Counted from the stretch's first letter, positions 40,342 to 50,676 are shown. The stretch: 64,000 bases of DNA from Endomicrobiaceae bacterium (GCA_031553505.1 JAVBLP010000004.1:89577-153576), one strand, 5' to 3'. Numbers and translations: made by a program. Notes: a model not told the origin generated them from the letters alone.

Positions 40342-42054
40342 ATGAAAAAAATACAACTTTTATCAGGTGATGAAGCGCTTGCCCGCGGCGCTTATGAAGC
40401 AGGGCTTAAAGCGGCGGCGTCGTATCCGGGCACGCCGGCTACGGAGATTTTGGAGTTTTTAACGCAGTTTAAAGAAGTTGACGCGCAGTGGTCCGTAAAC
40501 GAAAAAACTGCTTTTGAAGTCGCTCTGGGCGCGTCAATAGCAGGCGTAAGAAGCATTTACTCTTCAAAACACGTCGGAGTAAACGTCGCGATGGATCCGC
40601 TTATGACGGCTTCTTACACAGGGGTAGGGGGCGGTTTTATAATCGTTACCGCTGACGATCCTGGATGCCACTCTTCGCAGAATGAGCAGGACAACAGGCT
40701 TATCGCAAAATTCGCAAAGATGCCTTTGCTTGAACCAAGCAGCCCGAAAGAAGCTTACGAAATGGCGCGAAGCGCCTTTGAAATCAGCGAACGGTTTGAT
40801 ACGCCGGTAATTATAAGGCTTACCACGCGCGTTTCCCATACAAAAGAAAATATTGAAATTTCAGAGAGAATTGAAGTTGCGGATAAAACTTTTACGCCGA
40901 ACGCGGCTAAATACGTGATGGTTCCCGCGAACGCTTATAAAAAGCACATAGCTTTGGAAACAAAGCTTGTAGATATGCAAAAATACGCTGAAAAATCGCC
41001 TTTAAACGAAATTGAGATGAACGATTCTTCAATAGGCATTATCGCGGACAGTGTTGCGTATTTATACGCCAAAGAATCTTTTCCGGACGCTTCATTTTTA
41101 AAACTCGGCATGACTTACCCTTTTCCCGATAAGCTTATAAAAGAGTTTGCCGCAAAAGTTAAAGAACTTTACGTTATAGAAGAGCTGGAACCTTTTATAG
41201 AAGAGCGGGTTTTGCAGCTTGGCATAAAAGTAAAAACTAAAGATATTTCTTACCGCATCGGAGAACTTAACCCCGCGCTTGTAAAAGAAATTGTCGCCGG
41301 AAAACAGAAAGTTGAAAAACCTTCCGGAGCGAGAAAACCCGTTTTGTGTCCGGGATGCCCTCACCGTTCGGTATTTTTCGCTTTAAAAAAACTTAAAGCT
41401 ATAGTCGCGGGAGATATCGGCTGCTATACGCTGGGCGCTTTAAAACCACTGGAAGCATTGCATACGACGGTCTGCATGGGCGCGAGCGTTACGATGTTTG
41501 AAAGCATGTCTAAAATTTTAGGGCATAATAAAGTTGTCGGCGTTATCGGCGATTCCACTTTTGTGCATTCCGGCATAACGGGTTTGATAGACGCCGCGTA
41601 CAATAAAGCAAAAGGGCTTATCATAATTTTAGATAATTCCACTACCGCGATGACGGGAAGCCAGCCGAATCCGGCTACGGGCTTTACGGCGAAAGGCGAA
41701 GCGACAAAAAGGCTGAGCCTTGAAAATATATGTTCCGCCGCGGGCGCGGACACAGTGGAAGTCATCAACGCTTTTGACAAAAATTTACAGAACAAAATAA
41801 AAGAACTTATGGATAAAGACGCTTTGTCGGTATTGATTGTGCGTTATCCGTGCAAGATGATAGACAAAAGCAGGGAAGCGGCGCCCGTATTTGATAAAGC
41901 GAAATGCAAAAAATGCGGAATGTGCCTGCAGGTTGACTGCCCCGCGATACATAAAGACGAAAACGGCGGCATAGTTTTGGAAGAGTATTTGTGCGCCGGC
42001 TGCAACGTGTGCGTTACCGCCTGTAAATTCGGCGGGCTTAAAGAGAAAAAGTAA
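40342..42054 (+). CDS. iorA: indolepyruvate:ferredoxin oxidoreductase alpha subunit
   Basis: Start at MKKIQLLSGDEALARGAYEAG. TPP-binding region GDIGCYTLG...GDSTFVHSG. C-terminal 2x[4Fe-4S] motifs CKKCGMC...C and CAGCNVCVTAC. Confidence 0.9.
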   Translation: MKKIQLLSGDEALARGAYEAGLKAAASYPGTPATEILEFLTQFKEVDAQWSVNEKTAFEVALGASIAGVRSIYSSKHVGVNVAMDPLMTASYTGVGGGFIIVTADDPGCHSSQNEQDNRLIAKFAKMPLLEPSSPKEAYEMARSAFEISERFDTPVIIRLTTRVSHTKENIEISERIEVADKTFTPNAAKYVMVPANAYKKHIALETKLVDMQKYAEKSPLNEIEMNDSSIGIIADSVAYLYAKESFPDASFLKLGMTYPFPDKLIKEFAAKVKELYVIEELEPFIEERVLQLGIKVKTKDISYRIGELNPALVKEIVAGKQKVEKPSGARKPVLCPGCPHRSVFFALKKLKAIVAGDIGCYTLGALKPLEALHTTVCMGASVTMFESMSKILGHNKVVGVIGDSTFVHSGITGLIDAAYNKAKGLIIILDNSTTAMTGSQPNPATGFTAKGEATKRLSLENICSAAGADTVEVINAFDKNLQNKIKELMDKDALSVLIVRYPCKMIDKSREAAPVFDKAKCKKCGMCLQVDCPAIHKDENGGIVLEEYLCAGCNVCVTACKFGGLKEKK

Positions 42055-42142
42055 ATTGAAATTTATGCGCGGCTTATATAATGAAATAATAGTTTAAATG
42101 TATCCCCCGGTTAAAACTTTGGGGATGGCAATGGGGATAAAA

Positions 42143-42616
42143 ATGGAAAATAAAGTCATAAATATTTTATTCTGCGGGACGGGCGGGCAGGGGATTTTGA
42201 CCGCCGCGGAAATTGCCTCTCTTGCCGCGGTTTATGACGGTTACCACACGAAAAAATCCGAAGTGCACGGCATGGCGCAGCGCGGCGGTTCGGTAGAGTC
42301 GCACGTAAGATTCGGCAAAGACGTATTCTCTCCTTTGATTGAGCTTGAAGGTTCGGACTTTTTAGTGCCTTTCCACCGGGGTGAGCATGACAGAATGCTG
42401 CCTTACCTTGCAAAAAACGGTGTTGACCTTATGAAAGATTTGGACGAAGCCAACAGAAAACTCGAAAATAAAAAATTTATAAACACTTATATGCTGGGCA
42501 GGCTTTCCAAACATTTAAAAATAAGCCGCGAAAGCTGGCTCAAAGCTTTGGAAGTCGGCTTTAAAGGCAAACTGATAGAAGAAAACAGAAAAGTTTTTCT
42601 TGAAGCGGCGCAATAA
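42143..42616 (+). CDS. iorB: indolepyruvate:ferredoxin oxidoreductase beta subunit
   Basis: NILFCGTGGQGILTA...HGMAQRGGSV motif. ATG at 42143. Confidence 0.85.
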   Translation: MENKVINILFCGTGGQGILTAAEIASLAAVYDGYHTKKSEVHGMAQRGGSVESHVRFGKDVFSPLIELEGSDFLVPFHRGEHDRMLPYLAKNGVDLMKDLDEANRKLENKKFINTYMLGRLSKHLKISRESWLKALEVGFKGKLIEENRKVFLEAAQ

Positions 42617-42678
42617 TTAAAGTTCTGGCCTGTTTTCCGGCGTGTTTTAGCTTCAGTTTGCCGTAACAGAAACTTATT

Positions 42679-43584
42679 ATGAAAAATGCCTTATCAGTTT
42701 TGTTGCTGGTCTGCGCTTTGGCGGTTTTTATTTTTTACCATACGCGTTACGATATTTTTTTTGACGCGAAACCTTTCACTTCCGGTCCGGATATTTTAGT
42801 TTATGACAATAGCACGGCAAAAATTAATTACGTTGATATAAACGATAGCATTACGCAGGATGTCACCGTATTTGAAGTTAATGCCCCTATGGATTTTAAC
42901 TACAAATCAAAAGATGAAATTTATGAAATAAGAAAGAAATTCGTGGGGCAAAGCCTTTTCAAAAACCCGGATTATGAACCTAACGAAAGTATTTTCGGAC
43001 AGATTGAAAACGGCGTGCAGTGGATAGCCCTGAAATACCAGCTTTACAGCACTGCCAGCGCGGAAGGTTATTCTGAAGAAAGCAGGTTTATAAACAACCC
43101 TTCTGCGCTTATTATGCTGGATTTGCCTTATAACAACGCGACATACGGCAGGTATTGGGGCGAAGATATGTATCTGCTGCCAGAATCTGTAAAATATTAT
43201 AAAGCAGATAATGCGGTTAAAGTTGTTTATTCCATGCGTAAATTTTTTAATGAAATACATCCGGCGCATAAAGATAAGTTTTTGTACTCTCTTGACGGTT
43301 TAAACGCGCGCGATTTCGGCTATCCGTACATATTTGTTTATGAATCTACAAACATTACTTTCCATCCGGAATCGGTAAAGGACAATGTCGGGGAAATTCA
43401 AAAATTTATACATTTGGGCATGTCGAGCGGTTTTCCCCGCAATAACGGGTCGCCGTTTCAGGAAGATCTCGGGTTGCGCATTGACAGGCTTCCCGCTTAT
43501 GTAAAGATTAAGCTTTGGAGAAAGTATCCGAAATCAGCCGCAAACGAAGCCGATATAATGACTGAACTATATTTTAACAATTGA
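42679..43584 (+). CDS. hypothetical signal-anchored protein
   Basis: 301-aa ORF with one N-terminal hydrophobic helix. No recognisable motif. Confidence 0.5.
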   Translation: MKNALSVLLLVCALAVFIFYHTRYDIFFDAKPFTSGPDILVYDNSTAKINYVDINDSITQDVTVFEVNAPMDFNYKSKDEIYEIRKKFVGQSLFKNPDYEPNESIFGQIENGVQWIALKYQLYSTASAEGYSEESRFINNPSALIMLDLPYNNATYGRYWGEDMYLLPESVKYYKADNAVKVVYSMRKFFNEIHPAHKDKFLYSLDGLNARDFGYPYIFVYESTNITFHPESVKDNVGEIQKFIHLGMSSGFPRNNGSPFQEDLGLRIDRLPAYVKIKLWRKYPKSAANEADIMTELYFNN

Positions 43585-43590
43585 GGCGCT

Positions 43591-44346
43591 ATGCAAAAAA
43601 AAGTTATCGTGGTTTTTGTTTTATTGGCACTTTTAATATGTTTATTGGTTTTCTTATGTTACTGTTTTACGGTTGAACATAATTTTGCAGGATATGTGAA
43701 AAAAAATGTATTTAACTTCCCTGTAAACGGCAGTAAAAATAGTAAGCCCGTTGGAAAAAAAGATGCTGGTATTAACAGTTATGATCAGGAAGTTGAAAAA
43801 ATAGCGTCGCTGATATCTTTGGGACAAGAAGATGAGTTTATTGAAAAAGCTTTGGCTGAAATGCGCGCTCAAAATTACAAAGAAGCGCTTAAAATATATG
43901 ACGCCGTAGCCATAGCCGACCCTAATAATAAAAGAGTCTGGATGAACAGAGGCACGGCTAAAAGCAGCCTTAAAGATTATAACGGAGCGATAGCGGATTA
44001 TACATATTCAATTGAAATAAACCCGGAAAGATATACCGCGTATTTTAACAGGGCGGCAATATATTACAAACTTGGCGATTGGCAGAACGCTTTGAATGAC
44101 ATTAATGTATATATACAAGCAGGACAATTTGAAGAAAAATATGGCAATAATAAAGATGACGCTTACTTTATAAAAGGCGCGGCGCTTACACGCCTGGGCA
44201 TGTATGATGAAGCCGTAAAAGCCCTGCTTTATATAAAGCAGGAAAGCGTTGATAAGCACGTTTACAATGATCTGGCGCGCGCTTATGAAGGTTTGGGCGA
44301 TGAAAAAAAAGCCGGAGAATACAGGGAAAAAGCAAAGGCAAATTAA
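43591..44346 (+). CDS. membrane-anchored TPR-repeat protein
   Basis: N-terminal TM. TPR-like repeats (YKEALKIYDAVAIADPNN, YNGAIADYTYSIEINPE, WQNALNDIN). Confidence 0.75.
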   Translation: MQKKVIVVFVLLALLICLLVFLCYCFTVEHNFAGYVKKNVFNFPVNGSKNSKPVGKKDAGINSYDQEVEKIASLISLGQEDEFIEKALAEMRAQNYKEALKIYDAVAIADPNNKRVWMNRGTAKSSLKDYNGAIADYTYSIEINPERYTAYFNRAAIYYKLGDWQNALNDINVYIQAGQFEEKYGNNKDDAYFIKGAALTRLGMYDEAVKALLYIKQESVDKHVYNDLARAYEGLGDEKKAGEYREKAKAN

Positions 44347-44480
44347 TTAATAGTTTGAAATACAAAAAGTGTAAAGTTCAGATATGGCAAAAGTGATTGA
44401 AAAAGGAATATAATTGTCATTGCGAATCCGGAAAAGCAAACAAAATTAGGAAAAAACACAGTACACAAAAAGAGGTTAGT

Positions 44481-45782
44481 ATGATTTTCAACGAGAAGTT
44501 TGAGACCATGAGCCTGGAGAATTTAAAAAACCTGCAGTCGGAAAGGCTTGCCGGCCTTGCCGCGTACGTTTATAAAAATTCCCCCGTTTATAAAAAGAGA
44601 ATGGATGATATGGGCGTATCTCCAAATTCAATTAAAAGCATTGAAGATATAACAAAACTGCCGTTTACAACAAAAGACGATATGCGAGATAACTATCCTT
44701 TCGGGCTGTTTTCGATGGATATAAAAAATATCGCCGAAATGCACGTTTCCAGCGGTACTACCGGCAACCCCGTTGTTTCCGGTTACTCAAAAGACGACGT
44801 GGATTTATGGGGAGAAGTTTCCGCGCGTTCAATTGCCTGCGCGGGAGGCCTGCCGGGCGACATTATACAGATATCTTACGGTTACGGCTTGTTTACGGGC
44901 GGGCTCGGGCTGCATTACGGCGCGTTAAAAATTGGAGCCGCGATTATGCCGATGTCTTCCGGACAGACAAAAAGGCAGATAAAACTTATGCAGGATTTTA
45001 AGCCGCGCATAATTGCCTGCACGCCGAGTTTTGCTTTGTATATGGCGGAAGAGGCAAAAGCCATGGGCTTTGATACGAGAAAATGCTCTTGGGAAGTCGG
45101 CATTTTCGGCGCGGAACCGTGGACCGAAGCGCTAAGGGGCGAAATAGAAAAGAATTTAGATATTACAGCGACCGATATTTACGGGCTTTCTGAAATTACC
45201 GGGCCCGGCGTAGCCCAGGAATGCAAACACAAATCGGGGCTTCATATGTGGTCTGACGTATTTTATCCTGAAATTATAGATCCCGTGACAAATAAACCCG
45301 CGAAAGAAGGCGAAATAGGCGAACTTGTCATTACTACTTTGACAAGAACGGGCATGCCGCTGCTGAGATACAGGACAAGAGACCTTGTCTCTATCAGCAA
45401 TGAAATTTGCGCGTGCGGAAGAACCGCGCCGCGCATAAGCAAGATTAAAGGAAGAACGGACGATATGATAGTTGTGCGAGGCATAAACGTTTTCCCCACG
45501 CAGATAGAGTACGCGCTGCTGCAGGTTGAAGAGTCGCTGCCGAATTACCAGATAGTTGTCAGCAGGGCGGAACACGGCCTTGACATGATAGAAATACAGG
45601 TAGAAATAGACGAAAAATTCTTCTCGGACGAAATTAAAGCGCTTGAAGCCGTGAAACAAAAGATTAAAAAGAGCATTGAAAGCACCATACTTGTCGGCGT
45701 AAGCGTCAAACTTGTTGAGCCTAAAACAATAGCCAGAAGCGAAGGGAAAGCTAAAAGGGTTATAGATAACAGGAAGATGTAA
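44481..45782 (+). CDS. paaK: phenylacetate-CoA ligase-like adenylating enzyme
   Basis: ATG at 44481 with AGAGG RBS. HVSSGTTGNPV AMP-binding motif, YGLSE, RYRTRD. PaaK-size protein beside iorAB. Confidence 0.85.
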   Translation: MIFNEKFETMSLENLKNLQSERLAGLAAYVYKNSPVYKKRMDDMGVSPNSIKSIEDITKLPFTTKDDMRDNYPFGLFSMDIKNIAEMHVSSGTTGNPVVSGYSKDDVDLWGEVSARSIACAGGLPGDIIQISYGYGLFTGGLGLHYGALKIGAAIMPMSSGQTKRQIKLMQDFKPRIIACTPSFALYMAEEAKAMGFDTRKCSWEVGIFGAEPWTEALRGEIEKNLDITATDIYGLSEITGPGVAQECKHKSGLHMWSDVFYPEIIDPVTNKPAKEGEIGELVITTLTRTGMPLLRYRTRDLVSISNEICACGRTAPRISKIKGRTDDMIVVRGINVFPTQIEYALLQVEESLPNYQIVVSRAEHGLDMIEIQVEIDEKFFSDEIKALEAVKQKIKKSIESTILVGVSVKLVEPKTIARSEGKAKRVIDNRKM

Positions 45783-45806
45783 TAGTATTTTTGTGAGGGA
45801 ACCGGT

Positions 45807-46550
45807 ATGGCCGACATATTACAGCAACAAAGGCAAGAGGCTGAAAAAGTTTTACAAACCGAGAAGTATTTACGCGTTAAAAATGCTGCTTCGCAATTGC
45901 TTGGAAAAGAAATAGCGCTTCAGCTGGTAAAACCTGAAAGTATGAGTAAATACGGAAACTATAATGTAAAAGAAAAAAGTTTTATGGGAGGCAAAGTTAC
46001 CGTTAAAGCGCCCTATGATGCCGCGGTTTTTGACATGCCGGAAGATTCTATGCTGGCATTTGTTCTATCGGAATATTTTTATATGCGCGAATCAAGTTCA
46101 GCCATCGAACGCATGGTTATATTTTTTGTTTTATTGCTTGTTTGCTGCGGTTTACTGGCAGTGCTGCAAAATGTATCACATTTTATTTCGTCATCAGGAA
46201 CTTTTGCCAAATTGAAAGCAGCAATTTTGTTAATTTTGCCTATTATAGTCGTAATGTTTTATTTAGGTAAAAAGAAATTTCTTAAATCCGACAAATATGC
46301 CGCCGCGCTGGAATTTTTGAAAAAAATAAAATGTTCCGATTTTGTCAATGAAACCAAAAACTCATTTTTACAGAAACACATTGATAATTTAAAGAATTTG
46401 AAAATAGATGCTGATTTGCTAAACAAAGCAAAAAGCAGCCAAAGCGCGGATATTTTGCCTAAAGCCGGACTGAAAGAAAAAGAACCAAAATCTCCCGTGC
46501 GGGATATGCTCAAAGAAAGAGAAGCGGCAAAAGCAGATAAAAATATGTAA
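45807..46550 (+). CDS. hypothetical two-TM membrane protein with Lys/Glu-rich tail
   Basis: 247-aa ORF 24 nt after paaK. Two central hydrophobic helices. Confidence 0.45.
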   Translation: MADILQQQRQEAEKVLQTEKYLRVKNAASQLLGKEIALQLVKPESMSKYGNYNVKEKSFMGGKVTVKAPYDAAVFDMPEDSMLAFVLSEYFYMRESSSAIERMVIFFVLLLVCCGLLAVLQNVSHFISSSGTFAKLKAAILLILPIIVVMFYLGKKKFLKSDKYAAALEFLKKIKCSDFVNETKNSFLQKHIDNLKNLKIDADLLNKAKSSQSADILPKAGLKEKEPKSPVRDMLKEREAAKADKNM

Positions 46551-46584
46551 AGTGTTTTAAACTTATGAGTAATGCCGGAGGAAA

Positions 46585-47358
46585 ATGTATAATTTTTCGT
46601 TGAAGAAAATTTTTACGGACGCTTTCAGGATATTCGGGCAAAACTTTACCGGAATATTTATGCTTTCCATACTGTCCGTTACGCTTATAAGTTTTGTGCA
46701 GATTTCCGCAGATACGTTTATTATAAGCAATTTCGGCGTTTTGATGCCTAAAGGCGGCGCCGTAACAACCGCGGAATATTTTATGCCGCTTTTTGGCATT
46801 TTTATATACACGTTTACCGTGTTTTTTATGCACGCTTTAGTGTTTTTTCTTCTAACCTCCGCGGTAATGCCTCTTTTTGAAAATAAAGAACTCAAACTTA
46901 AAAACTTCTTCCCCCCTTTAAAAATAATATTAAAATTTATTGCCGGAATTATTATATTGATGCTTCCTTTCGGCGTTTCGCTGCTGTTGTTTTTTATGGT
47001 TACATCCGCGCCGGTTACAAGTTTTTTTGTTGAAAACGGCCTTCTATCGGTTTTAATACTTATACCCGTTCTGATACTCGCCGTAGGCATTGCCGTAACG
47101 ATTGTGATGTTAAGATACGCATTTTTTTATATTGCATTGTTTGAAGGCGCGCGGGTTTCGGCGGCTTTCGCGAAAAGCGCGGCTGTTACTTTAGGCAAAC
47201 GCAAAAAAATATTTTTCTTGCTGCTTTTGCTTTTAATTTTTAACTTTCTGGGCAGGATTTTTATAATAGGCACTGTTGTTACGATACCGGTATCCGCGCT
47301 GGCGCTGCTTTGCGCGTATTTTAAACTTAATGAAGCGTATTCGCCCGAAAACGAATAA
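46585..47358 (+). CDS. polytopic membrane protein, paralogue A (DUF975/YciC-like pattern; tentative)
   Basis: N-terminus SLKKIFTDAFRIF, 5-6 TM. C-terminal block MLRYAFFYIALFEG...KSAAVTLGKR is shared with 47369..48124. Confidence 0.55.
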   Translation: MYNFSLKKIFTDAFRIFGQNFTGIFMLSILSVTLISFVQISADTFIISNFGVLMPKGGAVTTAEYFMPLFGIFIYTFTVFFMHALVFFLLTSAVMPLFENKELKLKNFFPPLKIILKFIAGIIILMLPFGVSLLLFFMVTSAPVTSFFVENGLLSVLILIPVLILAVGIAVTIVMLRYAFFYIALFEGARVSAAFAKSAAVTLGKRKKIFFLLLLLLIFNFLGRIFIIGTVVTIPVSALALLCAYFKLNEAYSPENE

Positions 47359-47368
47359 AGGCGGAAAA

Positions 47369-48124
47369 ATGGCGGGAAAGTCTTTATCCATCAAAAAGAT
47401 TTTTAAAGACTCTTTTGCCACATATAAGAAGCATATTATTATGTCCGCGGTTTTGACTGTTTTGGTTTTTGGAATTGTTTTGCTGGCGGTTATTACCGCG
47501 GTAATTATAGCTTTGATAATGCCGGATTTTGCCGCTTCGCGTTTTCTCCACGCGGCTGAAGCTGTTGTCGCAATCGCGGTTTACTTTACGGTGCCGGTGC
47601 TGCTTGCCGTTTTTCTTTTGATGGCTATTTCGGGTTTTATGGCTGCCTCTAAAGGGCGGACACCGAAAGTAAAAGATTTTCTGCCTTCCGGCATGGTGCT
47701 GCTGCGCGCGTTTGTTTTTGCGGCGGCTTTCGTGGCAATTTTTATGACGGTGACTTTCGCGTTTCCTGTTACGGCGATAAGCATAAGGCGTTTTAATACG
47801 CCGGAAGAGTTAAACACAGCCGTGATGGTTTTATCCGGCTATCCGATGATAATCGCTACGGCAGTATCATTTTTTTTGATAGCGCTCTTTATGATTAAGT
47901 ACTCTTTTACTTTTTTTGCCCTTTTGGAAAAATATACCCTTAAAGATTCTATACTGAAAAGCATCAAGGTGACTGACGGCAGGGTAACGCAGATTATAAA
48001 GATATATTTAATGCTGTTTGTTTTAAATGTTATAGCTTTTTCTACTGTTGTAGGCGTTTTGGCGGCAGCGCCTTTTTCTTTAATAGTGCTGGTGCACACG
48101 TATTATGAACTTAAGCTGAATTAA
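47369..48124 (+). CDS. polytopic membrane protein, paralogue B
   Basis: ATG at 47369. SIKKIFKDSFATY and MIKYSFTFFALLEK...KSIKVTDGR blocks align with paralogue A. Confidence 0.55.
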   Translation: MAGKSLSIKKIFKDSFATYKKHIIMSAVLTVLVFGIVLLAVITAVIIALIMPDFAASRFLHAAEAVVAIAVYFTVPVLLAVFLLMAISGFMAASKGRTPKVKDFLPSGMVLLRAFVFAAAFVAIFMTVTFAFPVTAISIRRFNTPEELNTAVMVLSGYPMIIATAVSFFLIALFMIKYSFTFFALLEKYTLKDSILKSIKVTDGRVTQIIKIYLMLFVLNVIAFSTVVGVLAAAPFSLIVLVHTYYELKLN

Positions 48125-48143
48125 ATATTTTAACGGAGGAATA

Positions 48144-48578
48144 ATGAAAACTACGCAGATGTCCGTGTTTATTGAAAATACTAAAGGCAGGCTTTACGAG
48201 CTTTGCGACGTTTTGGGTAAAAATAAAATTAATATTAAAGCGCTGACTTTGGCTGAAAGCCCGGAATTTGGCATTGTGCGCCTGGTTGTGGACAAAGCGG
48301 AAGAAGCGGTTAAGATAGTTAAAGAGGCCGGTTTTATAGCTTCAATCGCGGATATTGTCGCTGTTGAGGTGGGCGACCACCCGGGCGGGCTTGCGGCGGC
48401 GCTTAAAGTTCTTTCGGACAATGACGTCAATATTGAATATATGTACGGTTTTGTGGAAAAAACTTCCGATAAGGCTTTGATGGTTTTCAGGTTTGAAGAC
48501 ATAGATAAAGCTATAGATGTTTTGTGCAAAAACGGAATCTCGATAATTTCAAAAGAAGTTATATGCTGCAGCAAATAA
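48144..48578 (+). CDS. ACT-domain protein (type usually paired with PaaK-like ligases)
   Basis: 144 aa, tandem ACT-like beta-alpha-beta-beta-alpha-beta pattern (QMSVFIENTKGRL..., IVAVEVGDHPGGL). Confidence 0.75.
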   Translation: MKTTQMSVFIENTKGRLYELCDVLGKNKINIKALTLAESPEFGIVRLVVDKAEEAVKIVKEAGFIASIADIVAVEVGDHPGGLAAALKVLSDNDVNIEYMYGFVEKTSDKALMVFRFEDIDKAIDVLCKNGISIISKEVICCSK

Positions 48579-48728
48579 TAATTACAAGCCGTAAAGAAAC
48601 CGTTGCTTTGCCACTCCCGGACTTTATAACCGGGACTCTGCGGTTTAAAGGTTTTTATTTTGCATTGAGCCGTTTTGCATAATCCGGAAAAGCTAAAATG
48701 AACAAAATTTATATAAGCAGGTAAAAAA

Positions 48729-50183
48729 ATGAAAAATAAAGAGAAGTACGGTGATTTTGCAGCAAGTGCCGCGGAAAAAATCTGGGCGGCATTTAAGGAT
48801 AATGCGTTAAAAATTATTTTGCTTTCAATTCCTCCGGCACTTTTATTTTCACCGGTGCTTATAAAAAAAATACCTTTGTCGGACGAGATATTTATTTTGC
48901 CGAGGATTATTTGCCTCATTTTGTCTTTGGTTGCCGTATATGTGTATTTTTGCACGGTTAAAGCCCAGCGCGATATAGGAAAAATAGGCAGCCACCGGGA
49001 AACAAACTTGCCAAAAATATCTTTGGCGTATATCATAGCGGCGGCAGGCATTGCTTTATGCGTAGCCGTTGCATTGCTTCCAAACCTTTTATTTGCGGCA
49101 GCCCCTTCTTTGCAGGCTTCTTTATTTGCTTACCAGCCTGTGTTTATTGTAGTGTCCGTGATGCTTTTGTTTTTTCTTATGCCAATGCTGATATTTTTCC
49201 TGTATGGCATTTTTGACGGCAGTGAGATTCCGGAAGCTTTTTCCCTTGCTGTTTCGCTGTGCCAAAAAAATATTACGAAGGTTTACCTGACTTTCATATT
49301 TCTTATATTGATTGCCGCCGTGTCAAATGTGTTAGTTGTAGGTTTTTTAATTTCATATCCGCTTTTTAATATGTTTTTTTCGCAGCTTTATATTGAACTT
49401 CGCGATGAAGACGTTTCGGGCGTGACGCAGGAACAGAGCTTTGAACCGCTCAACCTTTCTAAAAAAACGATTCTTAAACAAGCTCTTTCCGAAAATCATA
49501 AATATTTAGACCAAAAAGGCGAAATAGACAGATTTATAGCGCCTTTCAGCCGTAACATGTCACAGGATGAGCTGAAAGATAAAATGGATAAAGTTGTAGC
49601 TAGAGGCAGTACAAATATAATCGATCCCGCCAAACGCCGTGCCGGAAACGGCAATGAATATGATGTTTCTGAAGAGCTCGACAAGATGATGCAGGAAAAA
49701 AAGAGTGAAGTGGGGGCTTTAGGGGACAATAACCAAAATGATATACAAACGAGATATATCGAACACGAAGAAGAACTTGCGGCTTCAAAGCCAAAACCGA
49801 AACCTGAACCTAAAGAAATTGAAATAAAAACGGAAGACAGGGAAGACCTTAAAGAAATTGTTAAAGAAAAACTTGTCGCGCCGCCGCAAAAAGTTGAAAA
49901 CAAAACTGAAGACGATTCCGGCTTTCTCGGAACCTATGAAGGCGCCTTTGAAGATATACGTCAGGTAAAAAAGAAAATTGACGAGGAAAAAGCTAAAGGC
50001 GGCAAAGAACTTCACGATTCCGATTTTAAACGCGAGAAATTTGCAGAGGAAGAAGTCCGCGTATCCGAACCGCAGCCGATGGGTGAACCTGAAAAAGAAG
50101 ATGACAGGCTTATGAGAAGCGACCCGAAAAAAATGGGTTCTATAGATGAATATGGCTTTTTTGAAAGGAAGAAAAAAGACTAA
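48729..50183 (+). CDS. polytopic membrane protein, paralogue C, with about 250-aa charged C-terminal tail
   Basis: N-terminal 230 aa resemble paralogues A/B (LYGIFDGSEI...LCQKNITKV). Remainder is Glu/Lys/Asp-rich low complexity. Confidence 0.55.
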   Translation: MKNKEKYGDFAASAAEKIWAAFKDNALKIILLSIPPALLFSPVLIKKIPLSDEIFILPRIICLILSLVAVYVYFCTVKAQRDIGKIGSHRETNLPKISLAYIIAAAGIALCVAVALLPNLLFAAAPSLQASLFAYQPVFIVVSVMLLFFLMPMLIFFLYGIFDGSEIPEAFSLAVSLCQKNITKVYLTFIFLILIAAVSNVLVVGFLISYPLFNMFFSQLYIELRDEDVSGVTQEQSFEPLNLSKKTILKQALSENHKYLDQKGEIDRFIAPFSRNMSQDELKDKMDKVVARGSTNIIDPAKRRAGNGNEYDVSEELDKMMQEKKSEVGALGDNNQNDIQTRYIEHEEELAASKPKPKPEPKEIEIKTEDREDLKEIVKEKLVAPPQKVENKTEDDSGFLGTYEGAFEDIRQVKKKIDEEKAKGGKELHDSDFKREKFAEEEVRVSEPQPMGEPEKEDDRLMRSDPKKMGSIDEYGFFERKKKD

Positions 50184-50198
50184 ACAGGCGGTGCGTTT

Positions 50199-50567
50199 AT
50201 GGATAAAAACAGAGTTGTGGCAGTGGCAGGCGTAAACGATAACCCGGCAAAGTTCGGGCACAAAATATTCGCGGATTTGCTTGCAAACGGTTACGATGTT
50301 CTTGCAGTCGGCGTTCGCGGCGGAGAAGTAAAAGGTAAAAATATTTACAAAACTCTTACGGATTTGCCAAAAAAGCCAGATATTGTGATAACGGTTGTTC
50401 CTCCAATAGGCACGGATAAGATAGTTGATGACTGTATAGCTTTAGGCATAGCGGAAGTCTGGATGCAGCCCGGTTCGGAATCTCCCGCTGCGATAGAAAA
50501 AGCCGCCGCCGCCGGTATGAAAGTTACCAACAGAAGATGTTTTATGGTGGCGGAAGGAATCTGGTAA
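50199..50567 (+). CDS. CoA-binding domain protein (YccU-like)
   Basis: VAVAGVNDNPAKFGHKI...VWMQPG pattern, 122 aa. Confidence 0.75.
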   Translation: MDKNRVVAVAGVNDNPAKFGHKIFADLLANGYDVLAVGVRGGEVKGKNIYKTLTDLPKKPDIVITVVPPIGTDKIVDDCIALGIAEVWMQPGSESPAAIEKAAAAGMKVTNRRCFMVAEGIW

Positions 50568-50676
50568 AGGCAAATAATAATTTACAATTATTAATTAACA
50601 AACTAAATATTATTTGTTGTGCATCCCGAAAAATCCGTGTAACCGCGAAATTTAAATATGCTAACGAGAGCGTCAA

